A DNA stretch of 64,000 bases from Podarcis cretensis (taxonomy: Eukaryota). The DNA lies in the NCBI GenBank assembly GCA_951804945.1, contig OX638150.1, positions 39,060,001 to 39,124,000 of the forward strand, given 5' to 3'. The notes under the pieces were generated by a model. That model was given only the letters and a program-made list of their open reading frames with translations, did not search any database and was not told where the DNA came from. Shown piece after piece: positions 53,051 through 64,000 of this stretch. Every line of letters begins with the position of its first letter. Positions within the stretch are counted from its first letter, which is position 1. A program made the position numbers and the translations under genes.

Positions 53051-56000
53051 AATTCATGAATTACAAGCATGAGAAAAGTGAAGCAAATGTAGAAGACTCT
53101 TAGATGCCTTTGCAAACATGATTATCCTCAGGGAAAGCACACATGTCTGTAGGTAGAGCTCTAATTAACTAGCCTGAAGTTCAGGGGTGCCTACTACCTG
53201 AAATTCCTGTTGGATTAATTAGAGAGAACGCATTCAAACAACAGTGGTGGAACATCCACTTAGGATGTGACAGGGAAAGATGAAAGCAAAGTGAGAGAGA
53301 GAACTGTAGGTGGAGGAGACGAGGAGGGAGGGCGGTGCTTGGTAATAGTAGAAGCTTGAGTGCAATCCAGTCCAGCCTGTTGGGGAAAGAGGAAGAGATT
53401 CCTTGATGGGGAGAAGTAGGGTGGAGTAGGATTGACTCCATCCTGGAGAGCTGACCTAGCTCTGCTATAGAGCAAGCAAGCTTTTAAGCAGCCTAAACAA
53501 ATATTTAAGTACTAACTAGTGTGAGTAACTTTCAACACACTACAGCAAGCCAAATTCTGAATGCTTAGAAGAGCGCACTCTCCCAAATCTCTTCTTCTAA
53601 AGTTTGAGTGTGTTGCTGTTGAAATGACCTTGCATTCTTTGTTGCACAGCTACTTATAAGTATGTGTGTGTGTGTGTGTTCCCGTATGGCCAGGTATAAA
53701 TCTGAGTCAAGCATCCACTGATTTATAGGGGCACGATCAACTTGCTTTCCCTTAGAAACTGAAACAAGTGGATACTTTTAATACAGGCTGGTGATTTTCT
53801 CGGCAGATAAGTCAGATGGGCTTGTATTGACTTGTTCCATTATGTTCGCTGATTCTGAAGGCGTGAGAATCTCTCAGAGTCATGTTCTCATGATTTTATA
53901 GGATGTGTTATGGCAAAGATCTAAAAAGTGATGATTTCATCATGAACTGTAAGCACCATTATCAAAATGATGACTGTTGCAAAACCACATACAGTATCTT
54001 GAGTTACCCGAAACTACACTAATACCACTTGTTAGTTTAATAGGGAAGTCTGATGGCTTTTTATTTTTATTTATTTTTTAAAAAACAAACCTTACTTACA
54101 TTGCTGTTTGAATTAGAAATTAAATTAAAACATTAAATGAATTAATGGGAAATATTCAAATGAGGGGACTGTAAGTAATGATAAAAACAAGAGACCAATA
54201 GCATGTCAAAATAAACAAATTTATTACAGTTTGAGCTTTCGTCTTTAATCTCATTAGATTTACATAGAAGGCAGCTTCATATATCTGATAAAAAGCTCAT
54301 GCCATGAAGGTCTGACATGACTCTTCAGCAGGTAATTATATAAGCAGTTGAGTTTTTGTTTAAAATAATAAGAGATATATAGCATTTTAGATTATTTTGT
54401 TTGCATTTTTATTATATTATTCAACTAATAATGCATGGATTTATCATTGGTTTAGATTATTAAAAGAAAAGCACACTGTTTAGTCTTTGTAAAGTACTAA
54501 GGGACTAATTTTAGTGATTTCTGAGGAGTCTGGGATCCAAAGGACTACTTAAAGGATGCTCAAGAGGGATTTTTATCTGTTTATCAGCAGGTCTAAGAAA
54601 CAAGCAGCCATTTAGTGTTGCTGGTAGGAAAACATTGGATCCCACCCATAGAAATACAAACAAAATAGAATCACGGTTTGGGAAATTCTAAATTCAAATA
54701 AGTGTGTCGCAGAGTTAATGAATTTAATTATTTTGTTTCTATACATGCACAGTTTTATTTAGATAGTATTGTTAGAAAATCAACACATTACTTATTATGA
54801 AATGAGATTCAGCAACAAGAAACAAACCAGTTTTTGGAGAGTGCAGGTTGAATTTTGAGTAATGGCGTAGAACCAAAGATGGAAGAATTGTAACAGACTT
54901 GGTGAGTTCAGTTTGTACCAGTTATACCTTTGTGCTAGCTTGTAAGTCCCAGAGCAAATAATGCTTTAAGTTACTGTTGTCACAACAAACTATTCCCCAG
55001 GATTACCAAGTTAATAGACTTCGACTGTTTGAATTATACAAATATGTTATATAAGCACAATGTTGATATTGCTAGATAAATATATTTATTCATTTTCCTA
55101 GTGTGCAGAATGCTATATTATTTTATGGAGGTAGATTCACATTTTAATAAATTAACATTTGCACTGTATGATCTCTCCGTGAGAAGGAGAAAGCAGTATG
55201 GAACTATATATGTTTGCTAAAGTGCATTAAAAGCAATCCTGGATTTTTATTTTTATTTGCAGGAAAAGTTGTTTTTAGAGGAAAAGCATGCTCCCTTATA
55301 TCTGAGTTTCCCAGACTAGATTGAGGTATATCATTCCAACTCAGAAAATTCAGTAACCAAACTTATTTCTGGAAGTATCGGTTTCACCAGTTGTTCCAAG
55401 TGGTAATGGGAAACACTGGATACAAAGTAACTTTGTTTGCTTAGATAGTTAGGATTTATTTACATTATGTTTAGAATTGCAACAATAAGCATTCCTATTA
55501 CTGTACACATTTAACTGGAAGTAGGGAAGTTTATTAGAATTTTGTGGGGAGGTGTTTAAAGCAAACTGCAGTTGTTTTTGCAAGGCAAATCACTGTGCAC
55601 TGCAAAATGCCACTTGGTGGCTTTTGGATAGGTGTAAAAAGATATTTCCTGCGCTCTACTCATACCCTCCTGGTTGCAGTTTCTTTCATATTGTGCTAAG
55701 CTAGGCTGTACTTTACTATTATCATTGAACCCAGCAATTGCAGCAAAGATCAACATCACCAGAAAAAAGTACGCAGTTTTATTTGTCTGTCAGTTCTTTT
55801 TTGTTTCTTTAAAGATGCAAAACCGGCAACATATGGCTATTACAGGTCACATAAAATGAGGAATATTTTTCAGTGAATAAATGTAATTGTTGCTTTTTCC
55901 TTCTGTGTAGTAGCTTACTTTTTTAAAAATACAAAGGGACAGCTCCGATTTTATTTTTTTATTGCAGACAATGGTGTAATTATCTTGCTTAATAGTTCAA

Positions 56001-57068
56001 TGCTATGAATGGCTGCGCAACCATTTTTGAAGAACATTAATACGCAAACGCTTGGCTGCTGTTGCAGCATTCTTTTTGGTGATATTGATCTGGCTGACGA
56101 GTCCTCACTGGGGTGGAGCATTTTGAAGGGCACGCTGTGATTAAAATATTGTGATGTGGCATTATTGCATAACTCCAGATCATGCCATTGTCACCTATCC
56201 AGCGTTTTGCAAGAACAAGACTTCTGAGTTTTATTTCACTTTAGATTTTACAGTGGTCGACTGCTCTTCCCTTCTGGGCTTTTAATCTTTAAAACTAAAA
56301 TATCTACTCTTACAAAAATATCAATTTGTGCATGATAGAGGACAACAAAAGGACAGACATGCTATAGAGGTCAAGATGGACTGTGAGGAAGAGTCATTAA
56401 GATTCAGATATATCAGTGTAGCAAACATCTGGTCCCAATATTAAAAATAAAATTCTTTAAAAATAGCTTAAAACCATTTTGAGCTAGTAAGAATAAGCCC
56501 TTAATCATTTCTGAATGTCTAATAGACATTCAGTGTAAATTCATTCTCAAACTATGTTTTCCCCCTCTTTGGTCCACCTCTGTATATAAAATAAGTATTT
56601 CCATTAACTGAAGACCATTAACTAGGACAAATGTAGCAGTTGAATTCTATCTGAGTAAAAGTTAGAAACCTTGGAAATAGTCCCTCCCTTTTTATTTATT
56701 AGAAGTAAATACTCCAGTAGAACACAACATAATAAGCTGAACATAATAAGTTAAGCAAGGAACCTAAAATACGTACTTTTAACTTGAAAATAAAGCATGG
56801 TTTCTTAATCAAGCTTTCAACCTCAAGACTGCCATAGTAGTACAAAAAACAAGATTCTTTTTAGGTAGAGAGTAAAATAGTATTTTTTTGCTTTTTAATT
56901 TAAACTTGCTGAAGAAATGCACCTGCTCGTAGAGGAGTTGCCTTTCTTGAGAGGACAGTAAAACACAAGCACAGGCTAACAACTTAGCTAAACATTCCTT
57001 CAGTTAGTTGATGGCTTTTCCTTTTAAATCTCTTGTTTTTTTGGTTGCTGGTTTTAAAGTCCACTCAC

Positions 57069-57170
57069 CTGTGAGTTTGGGAACTGAGGTCCAAGATGTT
57101 CCGAGTTGCTAAACTGTTGCTGTCAGTGTTGAGAGAGAAGTACCTGTTTGCTGCTTGATTAAGTGAAACT
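57069..57170 (-). other. ZNF750: Probable ZNF750 non-coding exon 1 (TSS approximate)
   Basis: Strong donor CAG|GTGAGT at 57069/57068 on the minus strand; TATA-like TTTTAAG near 57197-57203; ZNF750 is known to have a non-coding first exon. Confidence 0.6.
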
Positions 57171-57907
57171 GAAGGAGGCTGTTTCAATGGGAGGGACTTA
57201 AAAGTGTAGGAGTCGAGCCCTGCGGGTGTAGAGATGCACCTGATATTACTTCAGCCTGAAGCTACAGTTCATGTGTTTCCATCTACTCTTTTCATTTGAT
57301 GTTACCTCAGCATCTCAGCTATCGAGCAGCAGAACTCTTGTCATGTTTGTGCCCTCTAACAAGCAAGTTTTTGTTTCTCCCACTGAGTTAATAATCTCCT
57401 GTCAAGGGGAACGGAACACGGTACAGACACGTTTCCCAGTTTAAGATCTTTTAAACCATTTCTGAGTGAGAAGCAGATCATCACAAAGGCTTTAAAAGGT
57501 TATAAAACAGTAGTAGAAATTGTAGGCTGCTGCATGGGACGTTTTTTGGTTTGGTTTTGTGTGTGTGTGGTGGATTGTGAGAATACTTGAATGCTGCAAG
57601 ATTCCTCCTCCTCTCCCCCCTCCCCCCGCAGTTGTCCTCATGATAACTTCTGCCTGGGAACGGCGAGACAGAACTAACTCAAAGCCTACTTTGCTGTAGA
57701 AACCTGCCAAAGCTTGCCAGGAATCGGCAGCCAATTGCATTATAATGGAAAGGAGTTACCTCTGTAGGAAACTGAATATTTGCTTAGTTTCTCTGTTCAG
57801 TAGTTCAACTTCTCAGCCACTGAACACACTGCATGGCAATTGTACTATTATTGTTTGATAACTCTCCACCACATGTGAGAGAAGGGGGGTGTTAGTACAC
57901 CATTGTA

Positions 57908-57941
<34 letters not shown>
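57908..57941. repeat. (AAT)n microsatellite upstream of ZNF750
   Basis: About 11 perfect units. Confidence 0.95.
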
Positions 57942-58180
57942 GGCTGCAGATTGAGCTTCCTTACTCTGCCCCATTCAGTCATGCTGTTTCTCCTTGTCAT
58001 TGACTTTTCTCTTCCCCCGTTTGTGGGCTCTGGGCTATCCTAGTTGCCTTTTTAACACTGGGATAGAGCCACAAGCAACACTGTTGTACAGGGCAACATT
58101 ATGGAGGCTACCTGAAAGACTCTCTTAACCTTCTAAGATCCAGTACCATTGTAAGTAAAATGAGAGAGCCATGTAGTACA

Positions 58181-58253
58181 GTGTAGAATTGTAGAATTGG
58201 TAATGTGCTTTGGTAGAATTGGCAATGTGCTTGTAGAATTGGTAGTGTGCTTT
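58181..58253. repeat. Short imperfect tandem repeat, about 20-bp unit GTAGAATTGGTAATGTGCTT x3
   Basis: Read directly from the sequence. Confidence 0.85.
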
Positions 58254-59536
58254 GTGGCTTGCATACAGTTATAACATGGTTAGCTGACTAAGTAAGTACT
58301 AAATTACAAAGCTATAGCTGTGAATGAGTAAGTCTAAGGGTTTTTATTTTATTTTATATGGTTTTTAGATCAGTCTATACCCAAAGTGAAGGCACAATCT
58401 ATTTTGCTAACCATGCACAATGTATAATCTGAAAATTGTTTGTTTCAAATTGCATAATTTGAAAGTGTTTGTTGTTAATTATATATAAAACACTGTGTTG
58501 TTTAGTATTATAATTTTTTTTGCAAAATCTCCTCTCCATACACATGAAAGGTGCTGCCTACAGCAGTGTTTGTAAGGGGTGTGAGAGAGAGACAGTGAGA
58601 GAGAGAGAGAGAGAGCGCATTCTGGTTACTGAAACAAATGAGCCAATGCTACCTGGCCTCTGTTTAGTGCATAGGTGATTAGCTGTGGCAGGATGGAGAT
58701 GTGCACTTGGAAGCCCATCAAATTTCCCATCCTGTTGAAAGTAATGAAATGTGGGTGGACAACACTTGCAGCAGGATGCAGTTGCCATCCATCTGTAGGA
58801 TGTGCATCTATATTCTGTCTCAACTAGTTACGTGCAGGGCGGTCAAGAGGCAAGTAGAGAGGGTACTGATTCACAGCCAACAGAAGCACAGACTTTCATT
58901 AAGTTTTTGTGTAAATTTTCTTGCGGCACTAGTTATGGGACTGGAAACGGAAGTGTCAACTTCATCCCTTGTGGTCTATCACAGTGGACACTAAGGCAAA
59001 ATGTGCCCTCTACTTTAAAAGCAACTCAAGATGAATTGTACATTTATGAGTACATTTATGAATTTTGCATTCTGTGCAGCATTCAGATATGCCGGTTCCA
59101 GCTCACTGGCTTCTCTTATTTTGCCAGATGTTTTGCACACGCTTTTTAAAATTTAGCATTGGAGCCATAAGTAGTATGTGTATGGTTTTTAAAGGATGAG
59201 TGAAATTCTTATGAAGCCGAAGTTAATGTCCAATACACCATTTTGTATTTGTCCATCCCACACTAGAACTGTCAAGAAGAGGGGAAGCTGCTTTTATTCC
59301 AAATGAGATCTCCCTCGGTTCCTTAATTTCTCTCCTTTACAAGTAAAAAGGTGCATCGTCACAGGTCTCTGAGAAGGTTGCCACTGAAAGCTAAAATTAA
59401 GTTTCTTTGTCACAATGGGAGAACCATACATACACAGATCTATTCCAAGGAATTACAGGGTGTTAAGGATCAGAAGGATAATGCACATGGCCAAAACATC
59501 AACCGGAGGTCAGGCACCAGATCAGATGTTCAAGGT

Positions 59537-60218
59537 TCATAGAGTCATAGAATCGTAGAGTTGGAAGGGACCCCAGGGGTCATCTAGTCCACCCCCTGCA
59601 ATGCAGGAATCTCAGTTAAATTATACATGGCAGCTGGCCAGCCAGATGGGCGGGGTATAAATAATAAATTGTTGTTGTTGTTGTTGTTAAAAAACATCCA
59701 AGGAAGCAGAACCCACTACCTCTCGTGGAAGTCTGTCCCACTATTGAACAGCTGTTACTGTCAGGAAGTTATTCCTTGTGTGTAGTTGGAATCTCCTTTC
59801 TTGTAACTTGAAGCCATTGGTTCAGGTCCTACCCTCCAGAGCAGAAGAATGCAAACTTGCTCCATCTTCCATGTGGTAGCCCTTTAGATATTTGAAGATT
59901 ACTATCATGCCTTCTCTCAGTCTCCCCTTTTCCAGGGTAACATACCAAACTATTCCTCATAATGCTTGGTTTCCAGACCCTTGATCATCTTGGTTGTCCC
60001 CCTTTGCACACGTTCCAGCTTGTCAATATCCTTCTTAAATTGTGGTGTCCAGAACTGGACACAGTACACCAGGTTGGGTCTGACCAAAGCAGAATAGACA
60101 CTAGACTTCTGCAGGGTCTTAGCAATCGCAGTATCCTTTTCTAAGTGTTCACAGACCGACTGTTTAATTTTCTGTTCTAGGACATTTCCTGGTATCAGTG
60201 TCAAGCTCACTGGTCATA
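59537..60218 (-). mobile_element. CR1 LINE 3' fragment with large internal deletion
   Basis: SLTLIPG.VLEQ.IKQ fused to YSALVRP.L.YCVQFW...LERVQR; CR1 terminus (ATTCTATG-like repeats). Confidence 0.88.
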
Positions 60219-61299
60219 GGCGAGTGCAGAGTAAGAGCCAGGCAGAAGATTTAGTTTGAAGGAAGCAGTAGAGGGCTTGATGGGTGATCATGATCTGAAG
60301 GAGCAGGAGAATATGTAGAATGCTTGTGCTCAAAGAGAAGATGGATGGACTAATGGGCTGACCTAGCCTGCTGATTCACTCGGAGAGTCAGGTGACAGTA
60401 GGCTAGGAGGTCTGCTGCTTCTTTTCAGGTTGGAATGACAGCCTAGAGGCCCGCCTTTTCCTTCAGGTCTTGTCTGTGTGGCCTGTTAAGGACCCAAAGT
60501 GCTGGAGGTGCAGAAGGTAAGCTGCTGAAGGCCCTGGTTTGAGATCCCCTGCTGTGCCTTACACAGTGTAGGCTTGTGAACATCCCCTAATAATATAGGG
60601 TGGGATTTAACTAATGAGCCCCATCAGCAGAAACCCATGCAAGGACTTCCTCTAGTGCAGCTGTGCTTTCTCCCGTCTCATGTGCCCCATTGGCTGTGGG
60701 GGGGGGGTTGAGAGAACCCCCAGAACAGCATGGGAGGAAGGAGAGGGCAGATTGTTTGTTCCATCAAGTAAGCAGACATGTTTGTGTTAAGAGGGCATTC
60801 TGCTGAGTGAATTCCTCCCCACTGTATTGTCAGTTCCCTTCTTGTTATGGATGGGAACAAGGATATGATCTGTTGTTGTTTTTAACAATACATTCTAGCA
60901 TCTACTTTCTACATGATATAAATAAATTCTAAGGTGTTTTCACAGCAGACTGTCAACTGAGAGTCCCCAGAGTTTTTAAGGTGGATATACCGTTGATATA
61001 CAGGTGACGATTATTTTAGGTGTGTCCAGTTGACATGCAGTCACCAATGAAAAGGTGGTTTTGGATTCAGAAGAAGGCAGAACAGGGATGGGGGGTTTGC
61101 TTATACGTGCTCCGCCGATGCACGCGGGGCTGGGAACAGAACCCCTGCACAAAATGGTCACTGCCTGTACTATCAAGCCCACAAAATCTTGCACGATCAT
61201 CCCATCCAACAAATACATTTCCCAGAGCCCATGCTCATAATCCCCCTCCCCATAAATAAATATATAAAACCTATGGTTTGATGGGGGATAGGGCTGATA

Positions 61300-61511
61300 C
61301 AGTGGTACCTCGGGTTACAGACGCTTCAGGTTACAGACTCCGCTAACCCAGAAATACTACCTCGGGTTAAGAACTTTGCTTCAGGATGAGAACAGAAATC
61401 GTGCAGCGGCGGGAGGCCCCATTAGCTAAAGTAGTACCTCAGGTTAAGAACAGTTTCAGGTTAAGAATGGACCTCCAGAATGAATTAAGTTCTTAACCCG
61501 AGGTACCATTG
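61300..61511 (+). mobile_element. Tigger-like MITE
   Basis: CAGTGGTACCTCGGG TIR, TA TSD. Confidence 0.9.
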
Positions 61512-64000
61512 TAGTAGGATCTGTAGTAAACATCTAAATATACTCGTCACTAATCAACATCGGAATGCCATTGTTCTACACCTTGCCTTTCAAAATTTCT
61601 TCATTAGCCTTACTGCAGACCACAGTTGTCAGCTCTAAGCCTGAGCATCCACTGCAGCTTTCTTTCATCCTAAGCGCCTTTCCCACTGTTTACCTTCTAA
61701 AATCCTCTTGCATGTAAAAAAGGGTTGCTTGCCTCATCCTGTCACCTTCATTAATCCTATTATCCATTTGTCCTTTTCCATTGACTAAGGGCACCCCACC
61801 ATTCCCCCCTCTCCCCTTTTGACTCCTTGCTGTTAATTTTAAATGGCCTGGAGAAGGGACTGATGCTTAGAAAATCAGTAGTTGATGATAGTAGGTCAAT
61901 CTTTGCCCTGTCTTGTTCTTGACCTGAAGATGGTTCAGTATTTTTTTTGGGGGGGGGGATATGATTGGGCAGATGTGGCTTGTGCTTGGGACCCCAAAGG
62001 ACCTGATGAGGCTTGACAACCCTTGTTGTATACTCTGTAAGTTTGTCTTAGTTTTCTTTGTTTCTTGTGGTGTTGAATCAGAGGGAAGCCAGGGGAGTGA
62101 TGTTGGCCTCTGGGCATGATCCTAGCGCAGCAAAGAGCTTATTAAAAGCCAGCCACTCCCTGGAAGTCGTAGCTGCTAGGCAGACCTGCTCAACTGGGCT
62201 GTAGCTGAAGTAGAGCAGAATGTGCAGGTGCAGCAGAGATTGTATTAAACTGGAGGCAATAGAGCAAAATACCTGGATATGCAAGTTCAGGGAGTAGAGC
62301 CTTGGAGACAGGATGCTTCTTGTTTTCTTCACTAATGAATATAACTGGTCCTGGTCAAATTGATACTGGCAGCTGTTTTTCCATTGTTGGGGTGAATTTA
62401 TTGTCCTCTCATCTAGTGTTGTATAATTATTATAAGCATGTAGACCAGTCACCTAATAGGTGACACCCATTAAAAGAAGATGAACGCAATAGTCATATTG
62501 GAGGCGATATAATTCCAGGCTTGATGCAACGCTGATTGTTATCATTGTTATTCTCCTAACAATGCGGCACTTGGGATGAATTAATGCCAGCACATTTGGA
62601 GTGTCATTTGGAAAAGTGGTGTCTGTCTTTCTTCTTCTTTTTAATCAAAGCTGCTGTGCTTAAAAGTACACAGGTTCCACTATGTAGCTAAGGACCTGTA
62701 TCACTTTAAAACAAACTTTAGCTTCTGGGATTCAGTGTGCTTTGAGGAAAGGGATTCAGAATGTTTTGGTAGTCTCTGTTCTTCTCAGATGTGTCTGAGA
62801 AACTGCATCCTCTCGGAGAAAGAGTATTTTCATTAGTATAAATTCTGGAGACATGTGAAATATATTGGAAGTTCAGTTTTACAGAAGAAAATAATATTAT
62901 CACAGGCATGGGACTTCTTTAGAAGAATGTAGCCATATTTCAGCTTGTTGTCTGTTCCCATGTATAATCTCTTGATGGTACTTTCTTACACCTTCAGGAG
63001 GTCCATTTTATACGACAGTATTACCTTGGATAAATAGCAGAAACCAGTTTAAGAACTAGCTGTACCCCTAAACTTGCAAAAAAAATAATACACAATCTCT
63101 CTTCAAGTGTCCTCTCTCAGTCCTGTTTGCATAATTGCTGACTTACATTTAACACCTTTTGAGACACTCTTTTGTCCTTCCTAATGACTTCTAATCTCCA
63201 AATTTGGTGGCATGTTACAAGTCAGAGCAAGTTGGCTAGATAATACCCTTAGTTTCTAGGTAGTACAAAGGTTTTCTATGGGGGGGGGGAAATAAAAGAA
63301 TGTTTACATCTTGAGTCATCTTAAATTTTCTGACATGGAACATAAGAATTAAATTGTGGATCACTTGTAGCTGGGGCTTGCTGCTGGCTGATTTGAGACT
63401 CAGTATGTTGGTCTGTTAGTGTTTTTCCTATTTAACATTAGTTAGTAGGGTGCTTTATGCTGGAAGGACACTGGATAGGATCACTGAATTTCTTAGCCAT
63501 GAAACTTGGAGATGGAGTGTTAAGAGATGCTTTGTCTCTGAAGCATGATGCTAGAGATGGCCCCTACTTCTCTTGTTGTCATGTTGGCACAGAATAGGCA
63601 CAGAATATTGAACATACAGAAAAAGAAAGCAGACAGATGAAAGAACCACAGAGCAGGTGATAACCAGATGTTGTTGGACTACAGCTCAGCCAGCATGACC
63701 AGTGGTCCAAGACTATTTGACTTGCACAGCTAATGATCAGCAGACAAAGCTAACCAAGTTAGTCGTGTTGGTGAGGATTCTTTGCTTCCAGACTTAATTT
63801 ATTCCACATGTACTGATCAGTAAGCATTGATACACCACACTACCTATTTATGTATATGTCCTGCTCCCAATTCCTGCTAATTACCGTACTTAGATTGGTT
63901 TCTATGTTCCATGGAAGAGGTGAAAGGAGTTGTATGTTCCCCGTAATTTCAGAACTTTTACAAAGAGTGGGTGTGCATTTCTGCCACTTCATTAGGATAA

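Noticed and set aside
54261-54320. Possible third hammerhead remnant (aaaagctcatgcc)
   Set aside because: CUGANGA core and stem II are not intact
58181-58253. CRISPR-like repeat array
   Set aside because: No unique spacers, vertebrate DNA; a simple tandem repeat
60230-62460. Possible solo LTR fragments at about 60.2-60.6 kb and 61.9-62.5 kb
   Set aside because: No matched TG...CA ends with TSD or second copy could be established by eye

Overview
This is vertebrate genomic DNA, almost certainly from a squamate (lizard-like) genome, judged by its Sauria SINEs and repeat content. It carries the conserved FN3K - TBCD - ZNF750 locus. FN3K is complete on the + strand (6 coding exons, 3609..10245, 309 aa). 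TBCD coding exons 1-13 lie on the + strand (14623..43826, 446 codons, continuing past the window), with a probable extra non-coding leader exon in a CpG island at about 13.3-13.9 kb and a GC-AG intron 5. ZNF750 is nested antisense in TBCD intron 13 (CDS 52178..50773 + 48641..47939, 702 aa). Introns are dense with transposable elements: Tigger/pogo-like and hAT MITEs, Sauria SINEs, a tRNA-Lys/CR1 SINE, and L1, L2, CR1, Rex1/Babar, RTE-X-like and Penelope fragments. The most notable observations are two minimal hammerhead-ribozyme motifs in Penelope remnants (one sense-oriented in FN3K intron 3), a 116-nt near-perfect hairpin in FN3K intron 5, a MITE abutting the TBCD exon 2 acceptor, a near-identical inverted MITE pair flanking TBCD exons 2-7, and a LINE that may sit inside the ZNF750 3' UTR. 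Gene and repeat family names come from recalled sequence knowledge, not database searches. Exon boundaries were derived by hand.
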